From positions 18,230,001 through 18,294,000 of the forward strand of contig CM052816.1 of NCBI GenBank assembly GCA_028534125.1: a DNA stretch of 64,000 bases. The letters run 5' to 3'. The number at the start of each line of letters is the position of its first letter. The stretch's first letter is position 1. A model generated the notes under the pieces. That model was not told the DNA's origin. It made no database searches and worked only from the letters and a program-made list of their open reading frames with translations. Shown here piece by piece: positions 36,501 to 49,890 of the stretch. A program made the translations under genes and the position numbers. The DNA comes from Lama glama (lineage: Eukaryota).

Positions 36501-38454
36501 GCTATTTCTACATGTTCTGAAACATACCTAAGAAAATGACTGATAAATTGGTTAAATGCATTCTTAAGTAATTCCAAGAATTCAGACTGTCAGTATTCAT
36601 TACGGGTTTGGATTCATTTTAAACTCCTGTAAAGCTCTTACTTTACTGGCCTGATTACGTCTCTTTATGGGCTCCATTTGTTCTGACAATACAGCTTTCG
36701 CCACATGGTAGCTTGTACTGTGTGTCACCTTTGTTTTATGTGAATTTTAAAGATTTAGAGCCATAGAAGTTTGGTGAACAGAGAATGGTCCAAAAACTAA
36801 GGTGCATTAGATCATGTAAAGGAAAGTCATACTTTATTAATTATGTTTTGATATATTAACACATGGAGACTTTTTATCGCCAGAGCAGCTCCTGTACTCT
36901 GGCCCTGTATTAGGTATAGAATATAAGAGATAATCAGACATTTACATACTTAACCATAATTCAGTATACTGCAATTTTAAAATATAAATGTGAGTATTTT
37001 TATTTTCCTGATTGCAAGGGCATTTTTTTCTTTGGTGTGCCTTCCTCAGGAATTATTCCGAGTTACAGTGATGAGCAAATCAAGGAAAGCATCTTAAGAA
37101 GACACAGGATGCTCATTTCAAATGGGTTATAACTGCAGAAAAAGAGTTGGCTCCACTGGATGTGTTTTTCCTCTCCTCCATCTTTAGAGCTGTGTCTAGA
37201 TTCCTATGACATAAGAAACCTTGAAGGCTACAGTGATTTTTATGTCTTTTTACTTCTCCAACTCAAACTGAAAGGCAGCTGCACAATAGCCAGGTGTTTC
37301 TGCATTTATATTTTTAATGTTAAGGTAAGAACATGGCTTTGATGAGAGTTACTAGAGTTTTACGATTTATTGTATTATAGTTTTTAGTTTATTCTAGCTA
37401 GGCAGAACGCCTTGGTGTTTGAGTGGTGAGTTTCATTAGTTCGAAATATCACTTTTATTTTTTTCTGGCTGTAAAAACAATACATGCCTGTGTTTTCACC
37501 TTTTCATTGACAATAACTATATCTACTCTGGAAAGAGAAACTAGTCATAGTGAGTGACAGCAAAAACTCCAGAGTCAGGCAAAACCTTGGTTAAAAGTGT
37601 GCCCCTGTTGTTTATTAGACGGGTCACTTTAGACAAACAAACTTATCTTGCCAAACTTCTGCTTCTGTATCTGTAAAAGTGGGCCAAATAGACCTGCGTC
37701 TTGGGATTACCGTGAAGCCTCCATTAAAGCATGCAGCACAGGCAGAGCACCTGACGAGCAGGCAATACACTCCCTATCTTAGCATGGCTGGGGAGGAGCT
37801 TAGAGGAGCTTTGCTCCTTCCCAGATTGAGTTGTCTAAAACAACTTGGCAGGTTTTCCCTCTTTGGCTTCTCCAAGTATCTCAGATTTTCAACTGAAATA
37901 GCAGGGATGTATCTGTCTTCTTGATTCTGCAGCTTAAACCTGATGGGCTCCAGACAGTAAGCCACCTCTTAGACATGAATGATCCTTAATTTGTTTTCCT
38001 ACTTGTTGTTAAAAGTGCAAAATAAAATTAGCATTGACTAGGCTGTGCCTGCTTTCCAATGCCATGCTATGCTGCTGACTTCCATCTTGATTCGATACGT
38101 AGTTTCTGAAGTTTCCAATGTCATTAAAGAAAAGCTCTGCCCCCCATTCCAGCCCCACCAACCACTATCTTGACAAGACCACAGTACCTTGATATACAAA
38201 GTGCTTTTCAGTTTACAAAGCATTTTCATACTATTCTATCACAACAGCTCTGAGAGGTAGTGGGAATGGTTGTCATCAAAACCATGGAAGCCATGAGAAA
38301 TCGAAGTCCTGGAACTGAACTGACTGATTCAGGGTACAAAAGCTAGTAACAGGCAGGGCCAGCCCAACCTCAAGGCCTCCAAAGTTACGTTTTCTAACTT
38401 CTCATTCACTGTCTCTCTCCTCTTGGACTTTAGTCTTAGGTTAACATCTTGGCC

Positions 38455-38630
38455 AGCAGTTCTAAAATGTGAGTTTGTTCAAGGACCATCTGAGAAGTCT
38501 GTGAAAATGCAGACACACAGGCCCTAGCCTCAGATATTCAGATACACTCATTCTGGGATGAGGCCTGAGAATATACAGGTTTCACCAGATCCAGGGTGAT
38601 TCTGATATGGGACCACACCTGGAGAAACTC
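38455..38630. mobile_element. MER5-like hAT-Charlie MITE
   Basis: aaaatgcagac..tgggatgaggcctgagaat..ggtgattctgat..ggaccacacctggagaaac. Confidence 0.65.
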
Positions 38631-38737
38631 AGAATTCTTAGTACTCTGTTATTCTCTAAGTGATGACACTACTCCTCTGCAAATGTTGTCTGAGAAGATC
38701 AGACTATTTTCTATAACTTGTTTCACATAGAGACAAT

Positions 38738-39150
38738 ATCAGTCAGCTTAGGCTAAGTTGTGCAACAGTAACAAAAGATACCCAACACTAATGGCTTGCA
38801 AATGCAAAGGCTGATTCACTGACTCACACTTATATCCCTATGAATTGGCTACAAATATACTATATACCCCTTTTATTGGGGAACCTAGGCTGAAGAACAG
38901 TCCCTATCTGGAACATCCAGGACATTCTGTCATGAAGGAGGGAAAAGAGATGGCAGAATCTCATGACAACTCTTTAAGCTTTTGCTGGGAAGTGTCATGT
39001 GTTATTGCCACTTACATTTCACTGACCAAAGAAAATCAGATGCCCGAGCCTGGAGTCAAGGAGTCAGGAAGTAAACTTTTCCCTTAGAAATAGGCTGGGA
39101 GCTACTTCTAGTGATTACTTTCACAATAATAAAATGAATCAACCATACGG
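38738..39150 (-). mobile_element. MaLR LTR (MLT1J/K-like)
   Basis: tatcagtcagcttaggctaagttgtgcaacagtaacaaa..gaagtgtcatgtgttattgccacttacatttcactgaccaaag. Confidence 0.7.
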
Positions 39151-40219
39151 ACCTTACCTGAAGTCTTGAATAGGTCTAACTGTCTATTTTTCTTGGACTA
39201 ATGAAGATTTCCCCTTTGAACTAATTATTTGCTGGCTAAGTTTAATATTTTGCCACCATAATATAGCCCCCATTCTTAATTTAATCATCCTTTTTAGGTA
39301 TTGTGTTCTACCTTGTATTGTCTTATATATGAATGCTTTTGATTATTTAAACATCTAAGCATCTAAGCTCCAAATTCTAAAAATTTATAGCATGGTTAAT
39401 ATTTCTCCATGTTAAGAAACATACTTTAATATATTTAAAGACAACTCTGGGTCAACAGTGATCCTCTGCATCTTATAATGTTTATTTCTGCTTTTAGAGC
39501 ATACTAGTGGCTGCTGGCCACACACTTCAATCAAAGGCAATTTTTCTCTCTCTGTTTAGCTCTGGTTCCCAGCCAGGACAAAGAATAATAACTTTGAAGC
39601 TTTTTCATTTTTGTACTAAACAGGCACTTCAATGCTGGTGTCCTGTTCATCATTAAAATCCATTTCATTTTTTTCCCTTCCCTGCATCCTTCAAGGTAGA
39701 TGATGGTTGGTTCATGGTGGAGGTGAAGTATCTGTTTTGTCCCTGGGTCTACAAAGAATGAAGCTGGCAAAAGTAATCTTTCTTATTTTCTCTGCTGAGT
39801 AAATGGTTGTTGGATTACATATGACTTCAATACATCTATAGACAGGAGAATATAACTAGTATGGTTAAGACCTACAAGACATACCATTAAATGCACCTCA
39901 CTTTAGAATAACTGATACAAAAAAAAAGAAGGCTGCTGGCAGTGACTCTATATGAGTTTCCATGGTAAGCTATATTTATTCACAATTTGATTTTCTCTTC
40001 TTAGGGAATTGCAAATTTTATTTGAAACTGTAGCTTTAAACTAATAAACAACACATAATCTCTTTAAAAATCAAGGTAAAATAGAGTGAACTCTGAAATA
40101 CAAATACTTATTCATTCTCCCTCTTGTTCTTTCTTCCCTCCTCTCTTTTCCTCTCCTTTATAAACCTACTAATATTCCCAATCATTTTATTAATGAGCTC
40201 TGATCCCTCCAATCCATAA

Positions 40220-40760
40220 AGGTACATTGAGTGTCTGTTGTGTATCAGGCCCTCTTCAGGGCACTGGGGACCATGTGATGAACAAAATTCAGCTCCTGTC
40301 CTTGTGGAAATTACATTCTAATGAGTACATATGTCATTTTGGTTTTTCTATTCATAATACATACCTACTTATAATATATTTAACAAACTTTTAGTGAACA
40401 TTTACTATGAGTCAGGTGTAGTTTGAAATGCTGGAGATAGAGGAGTGAATAAAACCAATAAAAATCCCTATATTCATGGAGCTTGCATTTAGTGAGGAGA
40501 AACTGATGATGAACAAATAAGTGAAGTACAAAATATGTCAGAGATATGTAACTGTTGTGGATAAAAGTAAATAAAGAAAGAAGAAATAAGGATTGATAGA
40601 GAGTGCACTTTAAGTAGGAAGCTTGAAATTGATGAGGAAGACAGTGATGCAGGCACTTGAGCTAAGAACATTCCAGGAAGATGTAACAGCAGGTGCAAGG
40701 GCACTGAGGCAGGAGAGTGCCTAACATTTTCAAAGGGCAGCAAGAGAGTCCTGATAAAGG
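40220..40760 (-). mobile_element. L2 3' fragments
   Basis: gtgaacatttactatgagtcagg..aaatccctatattcatggagcttgcatttagtg..aacagcaggtgcaagggcactgaggcagg. Confidence 0.8.
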
Positions 40761-43700
40761 TAAGAATATATAGCACTGACAACGTAAGCTGGCTTCTACT
40801 TGTGGAGTAGTGAATGTTGAGTCATCAACTGGAGTAATGCAGAAGTGGGCAGACAGCACAGGATTGTAGCTGAGAGGGTTTCACAAATCTTCTTATCAGT
40901 AAGATAAGATATCTAAAATAGATATCTGATTATAAGAAGATGATTAATAAAACGACAGCAGGAAAGATCTTCACAATCTGTCTCTGCCCGAATAGCACTC
41001 TTTAAAAAATATACATATAGCATCCAGATGTAGACTACAAAATGAGTAAAAAACCTTTATCCATATTATTCCAGATGTTGAAAGTATTTAAGCTAAAGAA
41101 AAGGAAGCACTCTCTGGAAATAACCAACTTATGTGGTCAGTACTGAGTAAAGTACAATGACTCGTCTCCTTTTTTTCCCTCTTTTTAACAAAAGCTATAA
41201 TTCTCAAGGAGCACTTTAATTTCCTAGGTGGCTTATTCCTAAATTTCTTTCTGTTTCTCTCCATCTATTGTAAAATGACAGAAACAGTTCTCTGCACCAA
41301 AATCCTGAAGGAAAGTTGACTGCATAGCAAATGCTATAAAAAATCATAAATTTATATAGTATCAGATCATACATATAAATATAATTTCTGGCCCCAATAA
41401 TTACTACACATGATTATTTCAGTGCTGGAATTCCACATCAGTGCTCTGTGTAGGTTTGTAATAAACACACAGTTTTCGTGGTGCCATCATTATTTGTGGT
41501 GGTGGTGGTGGTGGTAGGAACTCAAGTCTTTTATTAAATACGCTCCTTCATACTTTCTTCTTAAAAAGCCTACCACTATCAGGCCTTTTAGGACTGAGGA
41601 CCAGAAGTATACAATTCCTATACTTTTATCAAAGTAACTAATAAAAAATACCAGGAGATCACACAGCATTGTAAAAACAAAACAAAAGAAAACAAACTTT
41701 GCCTTGAAAATGAATCAGAATTTGCTAGCGAACACTGACACTCAGAAACTGTTTAACCTTGGCACTTACTTAATCCTTCAGACCCTTTGAAAAATGAGGA
41801 AAATCATTGTACCTGCCACAAAGAGCTATATAAAGGAAAACGTAGTATCACCTGTAAGATGCTCTGCACAGTCCCTGTGCTCAGTGAATGTTAGCTAACA
41901 TTATGAATAAAGAACTTGGAGATGGTGGCTCATTTACACAAGGATCTGGACAAAAGCCATAAATGAGGGGTATTATTTTTACATGCAACTTTCTCTGGGT
42001 CTGCTTAGTTTTTTGGGGGGTGTTTGTTTGTTTGTTTTGGTGGGGAGGGCTCTAGGGAGGGAGTCAGAAGGCAAGGAAAGACTTCTGGGTTTCATGAACA
42101 GGACACTGAGTACTGTATTAATTTCACCTTGGGCTGGTGATCATCTGAGTCACACTTTCCCAGATTCGGTTTTGTCCTCCCAGTAGGAACACATTTCCAC
42201 TTTGTGAAAATGAGATTTGCCCTTTGTTAATAAAATTCTACCTTATCTCAAATCAGAATTCTAAAGTGTATTAGTTTTAAAATGGTTAAATCATTTCTTC
42301 AGTAGTTTAACTTCTTTTATGCAGAGAGCATCCAAGAGGAGAATCGTTATTAAACACTCAAAAGAAAAAAAGTCTTTCTCAAAGCAGGACCGGCTGTTTA
42401 ATAAATAATCCATTGAATTCTTGCAGCCCTTTCTTTCAGATAAAAAGCAACAGCAAGGCCTGTTAAAGAAACCCATCAAGGCAAAACCCACACCCAACAG
42501 AAAGTGTCTAATAGAGTGAGATGACAGCACAAAGGGCTGAATGAAGCTTGTCTTTGTAGAGAGAACAAAGATGTCTCTGGCAATTAGAAGCACATTTGTC
42601 AGTTTTAACTGTGCTTACGGGGAAGTCTGCAGAAACCGTAGTGTTTGGGCGCTGCTGGGGTGCCCGTGCTCCAAGGGAGGTGGCAGGGCATGTTAGTGGA
42701 GGGAGAAAATAATGATCAGATGAGCCAGTGTGGTGTGGGACTACTTAAAATGCATTATAGCATAATTGTAGTCTCATGGTTTTATTACCCAGCTGTTCTA
42801 AAGTTTTATTTTCATCTATTCTATGGATATATACTTGCATGCTGATGTGGAGATAAGAGGCAATAGATGTAAAAGGCTAAAACAAATTCATCTCCCGGGG
42901 GCCTTTATTAATCTGGCAGCCGAGGCCCTTCAGATCTAGGACTGTTCTCCCATTTTAGAGTCTCTTGTCTCTACCTTCACATCTGCACCCTACGCTTTGG
43001 CCAGACCGACAAGTTTGTGGTCTCCACATAAGACAGGCCCTCTCAGAGTGTGAGCAGCTGTTTCTTCTCCAGGCCTGCCCTCCTCCCCACCCACAAGCAT
43101 GCTGTCTTGCCAGGCACACTTCTGCCATCAGGAGGCCGTCCCTTACGTCTCTACACAGAGCTCCCTGTCCCTGTTTTGTCCCCATGGTACCCAGTGCCCC
43201 ACTTTCCTCAGAGGTCAGAACCCTGCACAGCCCTTAACCATTTACTCGTGTCTACCCATGAGACTGAAGATAACAGTCACCCCCATGTGACGAGGTTCAG
43301 CATAACCCTGACACAGAGAGAGGCTCAATCAATATGTAAATGAGCTAATCAATCAATGGATATAAATTAATGTATAAAATCTATCTCTATAAAATAATAG
43401 GCTGCTTTTGGTTTCTCTTTAGCCTTCCTCAAATTGGCATTTGCTCTAGAGCTTTCTGGAGGTAAAGATGTTGCAGGCTGTTGTCTGGGCAGTTAAGGAC
43501 TTTCGATTCTACTTTCTTTTCCTATCCTCCTGGCAAACAACCAGACCAAGTTAGAGAAGCTGCTATCAGGAAGGGCTCTGTGACAGCGGGGCCAATGCCA
43601 TCCCTCTCTTTCCTGAATAGGGTTGAAAAAACTAGTTTGTGAAATGGAACAAAATTCAGTCTGGAGTAACTGAGTAGTCCCATTTCGTTCACTGAGAAAA

Positions 43701-46700
43701 AAATGTGTATCCAAGTCTTCAATAGATTGATATAAATTATCAAATAAACAAAATAATAGGACTTTAGATATAGGACTGTTGAAATAACTTCAGGTCCAGA
43801 ATAAAAAATCTTGAAAACTGAAGGATAAAGGCATTCACCTAAAGTCCTGTCTGACTCACCTGTAGCTCTCAAGCTGCAGCCAGCCTCTGAGAGCACACAG
43901 CAGCTGGTCAGCAGATGAGGCAGAGGTTAGAGGTCTGCTCAAAAGTACCCCAACAATGTGTCCTGAAACTTGGAAAGCCACAAATGGCTCTGATTAAGTA
44001 GAGGGACTCTTCAATACAATCCTCCCTCATTCCAGAGGAAAGTATTAGAAAAGGGGCCAAGGTTTAAAATGTTAGCTCTATGACCACCCTGTTTTTGAGT
44101 CCACCCAAGAAACTTGATGGTCTTCACATGAAACTATTTATTCAGTATCTGCTCCCAAGTACAATCTCTGTGATGCCACTTCCACGTGGCTGCCCTCTGC
44201 CCAGCAGTGGCTGTCAGTCTAGTAAGGGGAGACAGACAAGTGAACAAGCTAACACAGTAATGTGCCCTGGAAACCATTACAGAGTGGGTTTAGGTTGCCA
44301 TGGGGCCATTAAGAAAAACAGCTATTCCACCAGCACAGCTTAGAGGATGAGGAAAGAGTTCAAAGAGGAGGCAGATACAGAATGAAAGTTTGAGAAATGA
44401 TGATGGTTGCTATGGAGCAGGGCTGGGGTGGAAGGAGGGTGGGCTGAAGGGATGCCAGAGAACAAGGTTTGCTCTCCAGGAGAATAGGTCTGGGGGACCC
44501 CCACAGTTACTGAGAGTAGAGCACTGAGTGTGTGGGGAGAGCACTGAGGAGTTGGGGCAGGTAGGAGGCTGGGTGGATAGATGGATCTGATGATGAAGGC
44601 TCCCATGTGCCAGACCTAGCCTATAGGTGGTGACAGTCCCTTCAAAGGATCACAAAGGTGAGAGGGCCCAGAAGTGAAGCAATTTCTTTACTTGTTTATT
44701 CACATATGTTATCCATTGGCCCTCAGATTCTCCTTTATAATAAGAATGAGGTAAGCAAGCATTCATGGTAAGCACAAAAAGCTTTCTATATCTGTAACGC
44801 ATTTCAGCCCACTTGCTCCTATCCTATCTAATCTACTTGACACCTGTATGCTTTTAATTGTCTGAGATATCGTATTAGCTCAGAACCAAACCTGTCCCTT
44901 CCTGCATGATAGTATATTCCCCCAATTGGTCATGGAATATTAGAGAAGATTTATTCCCTTTCTTTTGCTCAAAGCCCAATCACACAACTTATGGACTACT
45001 GTGCTAAAATCTTGGCCTGATTTCCAAACCCTCACATTTCACCCTGCGAGTCCAGCTTTCTCCATAATACACTCATAGTCATGCACCAGGCATTTTACCC
45101 CTCGATGCACCTGCAGGAGGATCACCTGGTCTCAGCCCAGACCTCCTGAGTGAAGACAAATGGGAAGTAGGACCTGGGACTCCGCATTACAACAAGGTCC
45201 CTAGGAGGTTTTTAATGTCACTGAGGTATGCAACCAACTAATCTAGACTTAGGCAAATTTACAGAAAAATCCAGCCTCCTATTTCGAAGGTGACTGGATC
45301 CAATTTAAGCAAAAATGATTTAGACATTTTAGGGAGAAAGATGTTTATAGTTCCCCAAAATACAACGTTGTTAAGATGAAAACATATTACAGTAACTGCT
45401 ATAAAGGCTTGTGTTGTTTTGCCAAATTAAATGATCCTTTGATGTCACACTTCTCCCCCTCTCACTACCCTCACGTCTGATGTTGAGGTTACTGACTTCA
45501 CACCTCTTCTTTCTAACGTCAGTTTCCTTTGCCAGAAGCCTAACTTGAAAGTGCTGGGAAAATGTGTTGCTCTCAAGTCTCTCACAGCAAAAGTCACCCT
45601 TTCAGGAGGCCATTGTTAACTCAATCGGGCACCCTTGGCTTAACTAGTAGCCATTCAATAAGCATGGGTGGGCATGTAGGGGTGTTTGGAGCTGTGGGAT
45701 CCTGGGAGGATAAAAATCTCAGATCTTGGCAGAATGGACGAGAGTTCACAGAGAAACAGTAATGGGGGGAGGGTGCTGGGAGCTTGTGTAGAGGAGACCC
45801 CCTGGTCGGGGAGGGACTGAGAGTATTGACCTTAGGACAGAATGTGGCATAATGAGAGTTAACAGCAAATTTAATATTGTTCAGTATTCAAAGGAGTCTT
45901 TTTCTTTGTGGAGTGAAAATGAAGCTATTTCACTGGATATAAAAAATGGCAATATTTCTGACTGTCCCTGTGTATTTTTAGCTGTTGAGATGAGATGACT
46001 ATCTTATAACCATAGTTAATGCATGATTTTCAATGGTTCAGATTTTCCATGTTGCAGACTTGGGTATGACATTTTGGGATCTCTTTGTGTTGAGGGAAGA
46101 TAGAAGTATTTCTTTGTTAATGATTTAGAATAATTTTTATCTGAGTTCCAACAGATTTTGTTCTTTTTGAAGACCCTTTTCTCTTTCTAAAATGACAAAG
46201 GAGGAGAAAAAAATAGGGCTGGAAGGCATTTAAAGCCATCTCATCCAGCCCCCTGCCCCATGTGAGAACCTATTTCCATCTGAGCCACTTTGGATACTAA
46301 TTTGTTTGGACACAAATGTCGTGACATCCAAACAGAACATCCAAGTCTGGGTTGCTCCAGACACTAGAGGTGCTAAAACGAGAACACCTTAAGTTTTGAG
46401 CCTAAAACGTAAGTCAAGGCATAAAAATACTGGTTTATCAGTTTTAAGGAGTTCACGTTCACTTCTAAGAATTGTGCTAAAATAGACCATTTCGTGCTCA
46501 GCCATCCAATGGACTGACACAGTTTGGTACTGCACCTTCACACTGGACAATGCTGAGACTTTAGGAACAATTTTATTTTGCACTTCAACAAATATATCTG
46601 GAAGATTCTTAAAGGCATTTTGGAAGGAGCCAATTCATATTAGATGAAAGACACTCATATTCTGCTTGCAAGAGGATAAATTGGAAAAATTCATGAGATT

Positions 46701-47465
46701 ATAAGCTTTGTGAGAATGGAGATCACAATGCCTCATTCATATGATTTTTTTCTAGTACCTATTACTGCCTGAATACTATAGGTGCTTTAAAGTATTTGTT
46801 AAATAAATAAATAAATAAATGGGAATTTGGCTGTAAGTCTGAATCAACCATTTCACTTTCAGAAAATTATTCTACAGAAATAAACATGGATGAGGTCAAA
46901 GACTTAGCTATGTAGATTCTCATCATAATATAGTTAGACATGTGCAAAAATGCAGAGGGGGTAAATTATGGTACATCTATGCAATGGAATACTAATAAAG
47001 TTGTTAAAATAGTGTTACATGAAAATATCTAATGACAGGAAAAGATTAAATAGGTTGATAAACATAAAAGAAGATTACCAACCTTTAGTAACTACAATAT
47101 GTATCAAAATAACTATAGCATTTACCACAGGGTCTTGGAATTGGAAACAATTTGATCTCCTTATTTTTGTTTATTCTCTACCTTCTATCATGACTATGTA
47201 TTATATATATTTGTAACAATAAGTGTTATTAAATATACAATACAGTTAAAAATTGTACCCCTCTACCTTTCACTTGAAAACTGCACAGTGATACGTGAAA
47301 TTGATATCCCCACTGATTAAGCTATATCAGAGGTCATTAGTAAATTCCTTAGACATTACTAGTTTCTGTTTAGTTTAGTTTGGTTCAGAAAAAAATTCAA
47401 AGAAAGAGTATTAAAAAGGTACAGAGGGGCAGATGTTTTAATTCATTTTAAGAAATGGCATTTCT

Positions 47466-48628
47466 TGCTGGAGAAGGTGTGGAGAAAAAGTACCCTACCA
47501 TACTGCTGGTGGGAATGTAGTTTGGTGCAGCCATTACTGAAAACAGTATGAAGATTCCTCAAAAGACTAAAAATAGATCTATCATATGATCTAGCAATCC
47601 CACTTCTGGGTATACATCTGGAGGGAACTCAAATTCGAAAAGATACATGCACTCCAATGCTCATAGCAGCACTATATACAACATCCAAGACATGGAAGCA
47701 ACCTAAATGTCCATCGACAGATAACTGGATAAAGAAGCTGTGGTATATTTACAGAAGGGGATACTACTCAGCCATAAAAAAGAATAAAATAATGCCATTT
47801 GCAGCAACATGGATAGACCTGGAGAATATCATTCTAAATGAAGTAAGCCAGAAAGAGAAAGAAAAATATCATATGATATCACTTACATGTGAGATCTGAA
47901 AAAAAAAGATAAACAAACTTATTTACAAAACAGAAACAGACTTACAGACACAGAAAACAAACTTATGGTTACCAGAGCAGGGATAAATGGGAGTTCTGGA
48001 TTTTCAGGTAGTAACTAATATAAACAAAATAGATAAACAAGAAGTTTATACTCTATAGCATAGGGAGCTATATTCAGTATCTTACAGTAACCTATGGTGA
48101 AAAATAACATGAAAACAAATATATGTATGTTCCTATATGACTGAAGTATTGTGCTGTACACCAGAAATTGACACAACATTGTAAACTGACTATATATATA
48201 TATATGCACACACACACATAAAATTAAAACAAAGTGAAGTAAGCCAGAAAGAGAAAGAAAATTACTGTATGGTATCACTCATACTTGGAATCTAAAAAAC
48301 AAAAAACAAACAAAAAAACACTATGAACTCACCTACAAAACAGAAGCAGACTGGCAGACATAGTAAACAATCTTATGGTTACCAGGGGAAGGAGGTAGGA
48401 AGGGATAAATCTGGGAGTTTGAGATTTAGAAATGTTAGCCACTATATATAAAAACAGATTTTTAAAAGTTTCTTCTGTTTAGCACAGAGAACTATGTTCA
48501 ATATCTTATAACCTTTAATGTAAAAAAATATGAAAACGAATATATGTATGTATATGCATGACTGGGACATTGCGCTGTACACCAGAAATTGACATGTTAT
48601 AATTAACTTACTTCAATTTAAAATAAAT
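47466..48628 (+). mobile_element. 5'-truncated young L1 with two tandem 3' UTR copies
   Basis: ORF 47657-47899 is L1 ORF2 C-terminal-like; 3' UTR occurs twice (about 47835-48230 and 48231-48628); 13-bp TSD aaatggcatttct at 47453-47465 and 48629-48641. Confidence 0.9.
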
Positions 48629-48958
48629 AAATGGCATTTCTGAAGTCAACCAGAATTCTTGATGTCACTGGGAATCATAATAATAAACCAAAATTTAATC
48701 AAACAAAAGGAGGGTTAACTGTAATTCAGAACTCTGAGTAAGGGAAGACTCTACTTAACGTGGCATGTTCTAAGAGTACCCACTGTGGTTGGCCAGGACA
48801 TGAAGTCCCCACCCATGGAGTGATGCCTCTGGTGGGCAACATGGCTGCAAAGACCACTGTTAAAGCATCAAGTGACTATCAGGGAGAATACCTGTGCTCA
48901 AACCATGAAATGGAAGGATTAGCACCAATTCTTTCTTATCAGATGACATCAAGCTCAC

Positions 48959-49348
48959 TGTCTCAGTCAGCTCAAGCTACTATAATAAAACATCATATAG
49001 ACTGGGTGGCTGAAACAACAAACACTTCTTTCTCACATTCTAGAGATTGAAAAGTCCAAGGTCAAGGAGCTGGTAGGTTCCGTTCCTGGTGAGGCACTCT
49101 TCCTACCTTGTAAATAGCCACCTTCTCCCTGTGTGCTCACAGCTTTTCCTCATCACATATGAGAGAGAAAGTTCTGGTGTCTCTTCCTCTTGCTGTGAAA
49201 AGTACTAAGTACCCATAATGAGGGCTCCACTCTCATGACTTCATCTAAGCCCACTTACTTTTCAAAAGTCCCATCATCTAAGATCATCACATTGTGGATT
49301 AAGACTTCAACAGATGACTTTGGGGGGACAAACACTCGGTCCATAGCA
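48959..49348 (-). mobile_element. MaLR LTR (MLT1A-D group)
   Basis: tgtctcagtcagctc..tagactgggtggctgaaacaaca..aagtccaaggtcaagg..ggggacaaacactcggtccatagca. Confidence 0.85.
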
Positions 49349-49569
49349 CTCATCCACCTTTTTGCTACTTTCTAGTCAGCTCTAGTTGAAAAGATAACTC
49401 TGAGGAGGGGATGAATGAAGTTTGCAAAATGGGTGCAGACAAAGTCTAGGATATGGAGCTGGCTGGTGCACAACAGAGAGCAGGACCATGTGTTAGGAAG
49501 GAGGACATCACCAAGTAAAAGTAGAAGGAGGTAGCATTACTGAAGACCTTGAGGTGCCAAGCGTGGCGT

Positions 49570-49890
49570 CTTTCATTATTTGTTCCAAACCTTACATCAC
49601 TTCTATGAGCTGGAATTATGGTTGCTATAGTCCACGTGTTACCCGTGAGAAAAACAAGGCTGACACAGGTTAGGTCACATAACTAAGAAGTGATGAAATT
49701 GACTTTAGAACCTAGAGCTGGCTGGCTCCAAAGCCAGTGCTCTTTCCACTTAATAACAGAAATCACTGGAACTGAATTAATTTCTATGAAAGCAAGGATC
49801 TTTGTCTTATTCACTGATGTGTCCCAAGCATTTGGGACTAGCCACACAGTGAGTGTTCTGAAAGTGACGAATGACTGAGAAAATGAATTA
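49570..49890. mobile_element. MIR (minus) then L2 3' tail (plus)
   Basis: tgagaaaaacaaggct..ctccaaagccagtgctctttccact; aagcaaggatctttgtcttattcactgatgtgtccc..gaatgaa. Confidence 0.65.

Noticed and set aside
36152..36577. 141-aa hydrophobic ORF
   Set aside because: The F/L/S/P-rich stretch is just the reverse of a GA-rich low-complexity tract.
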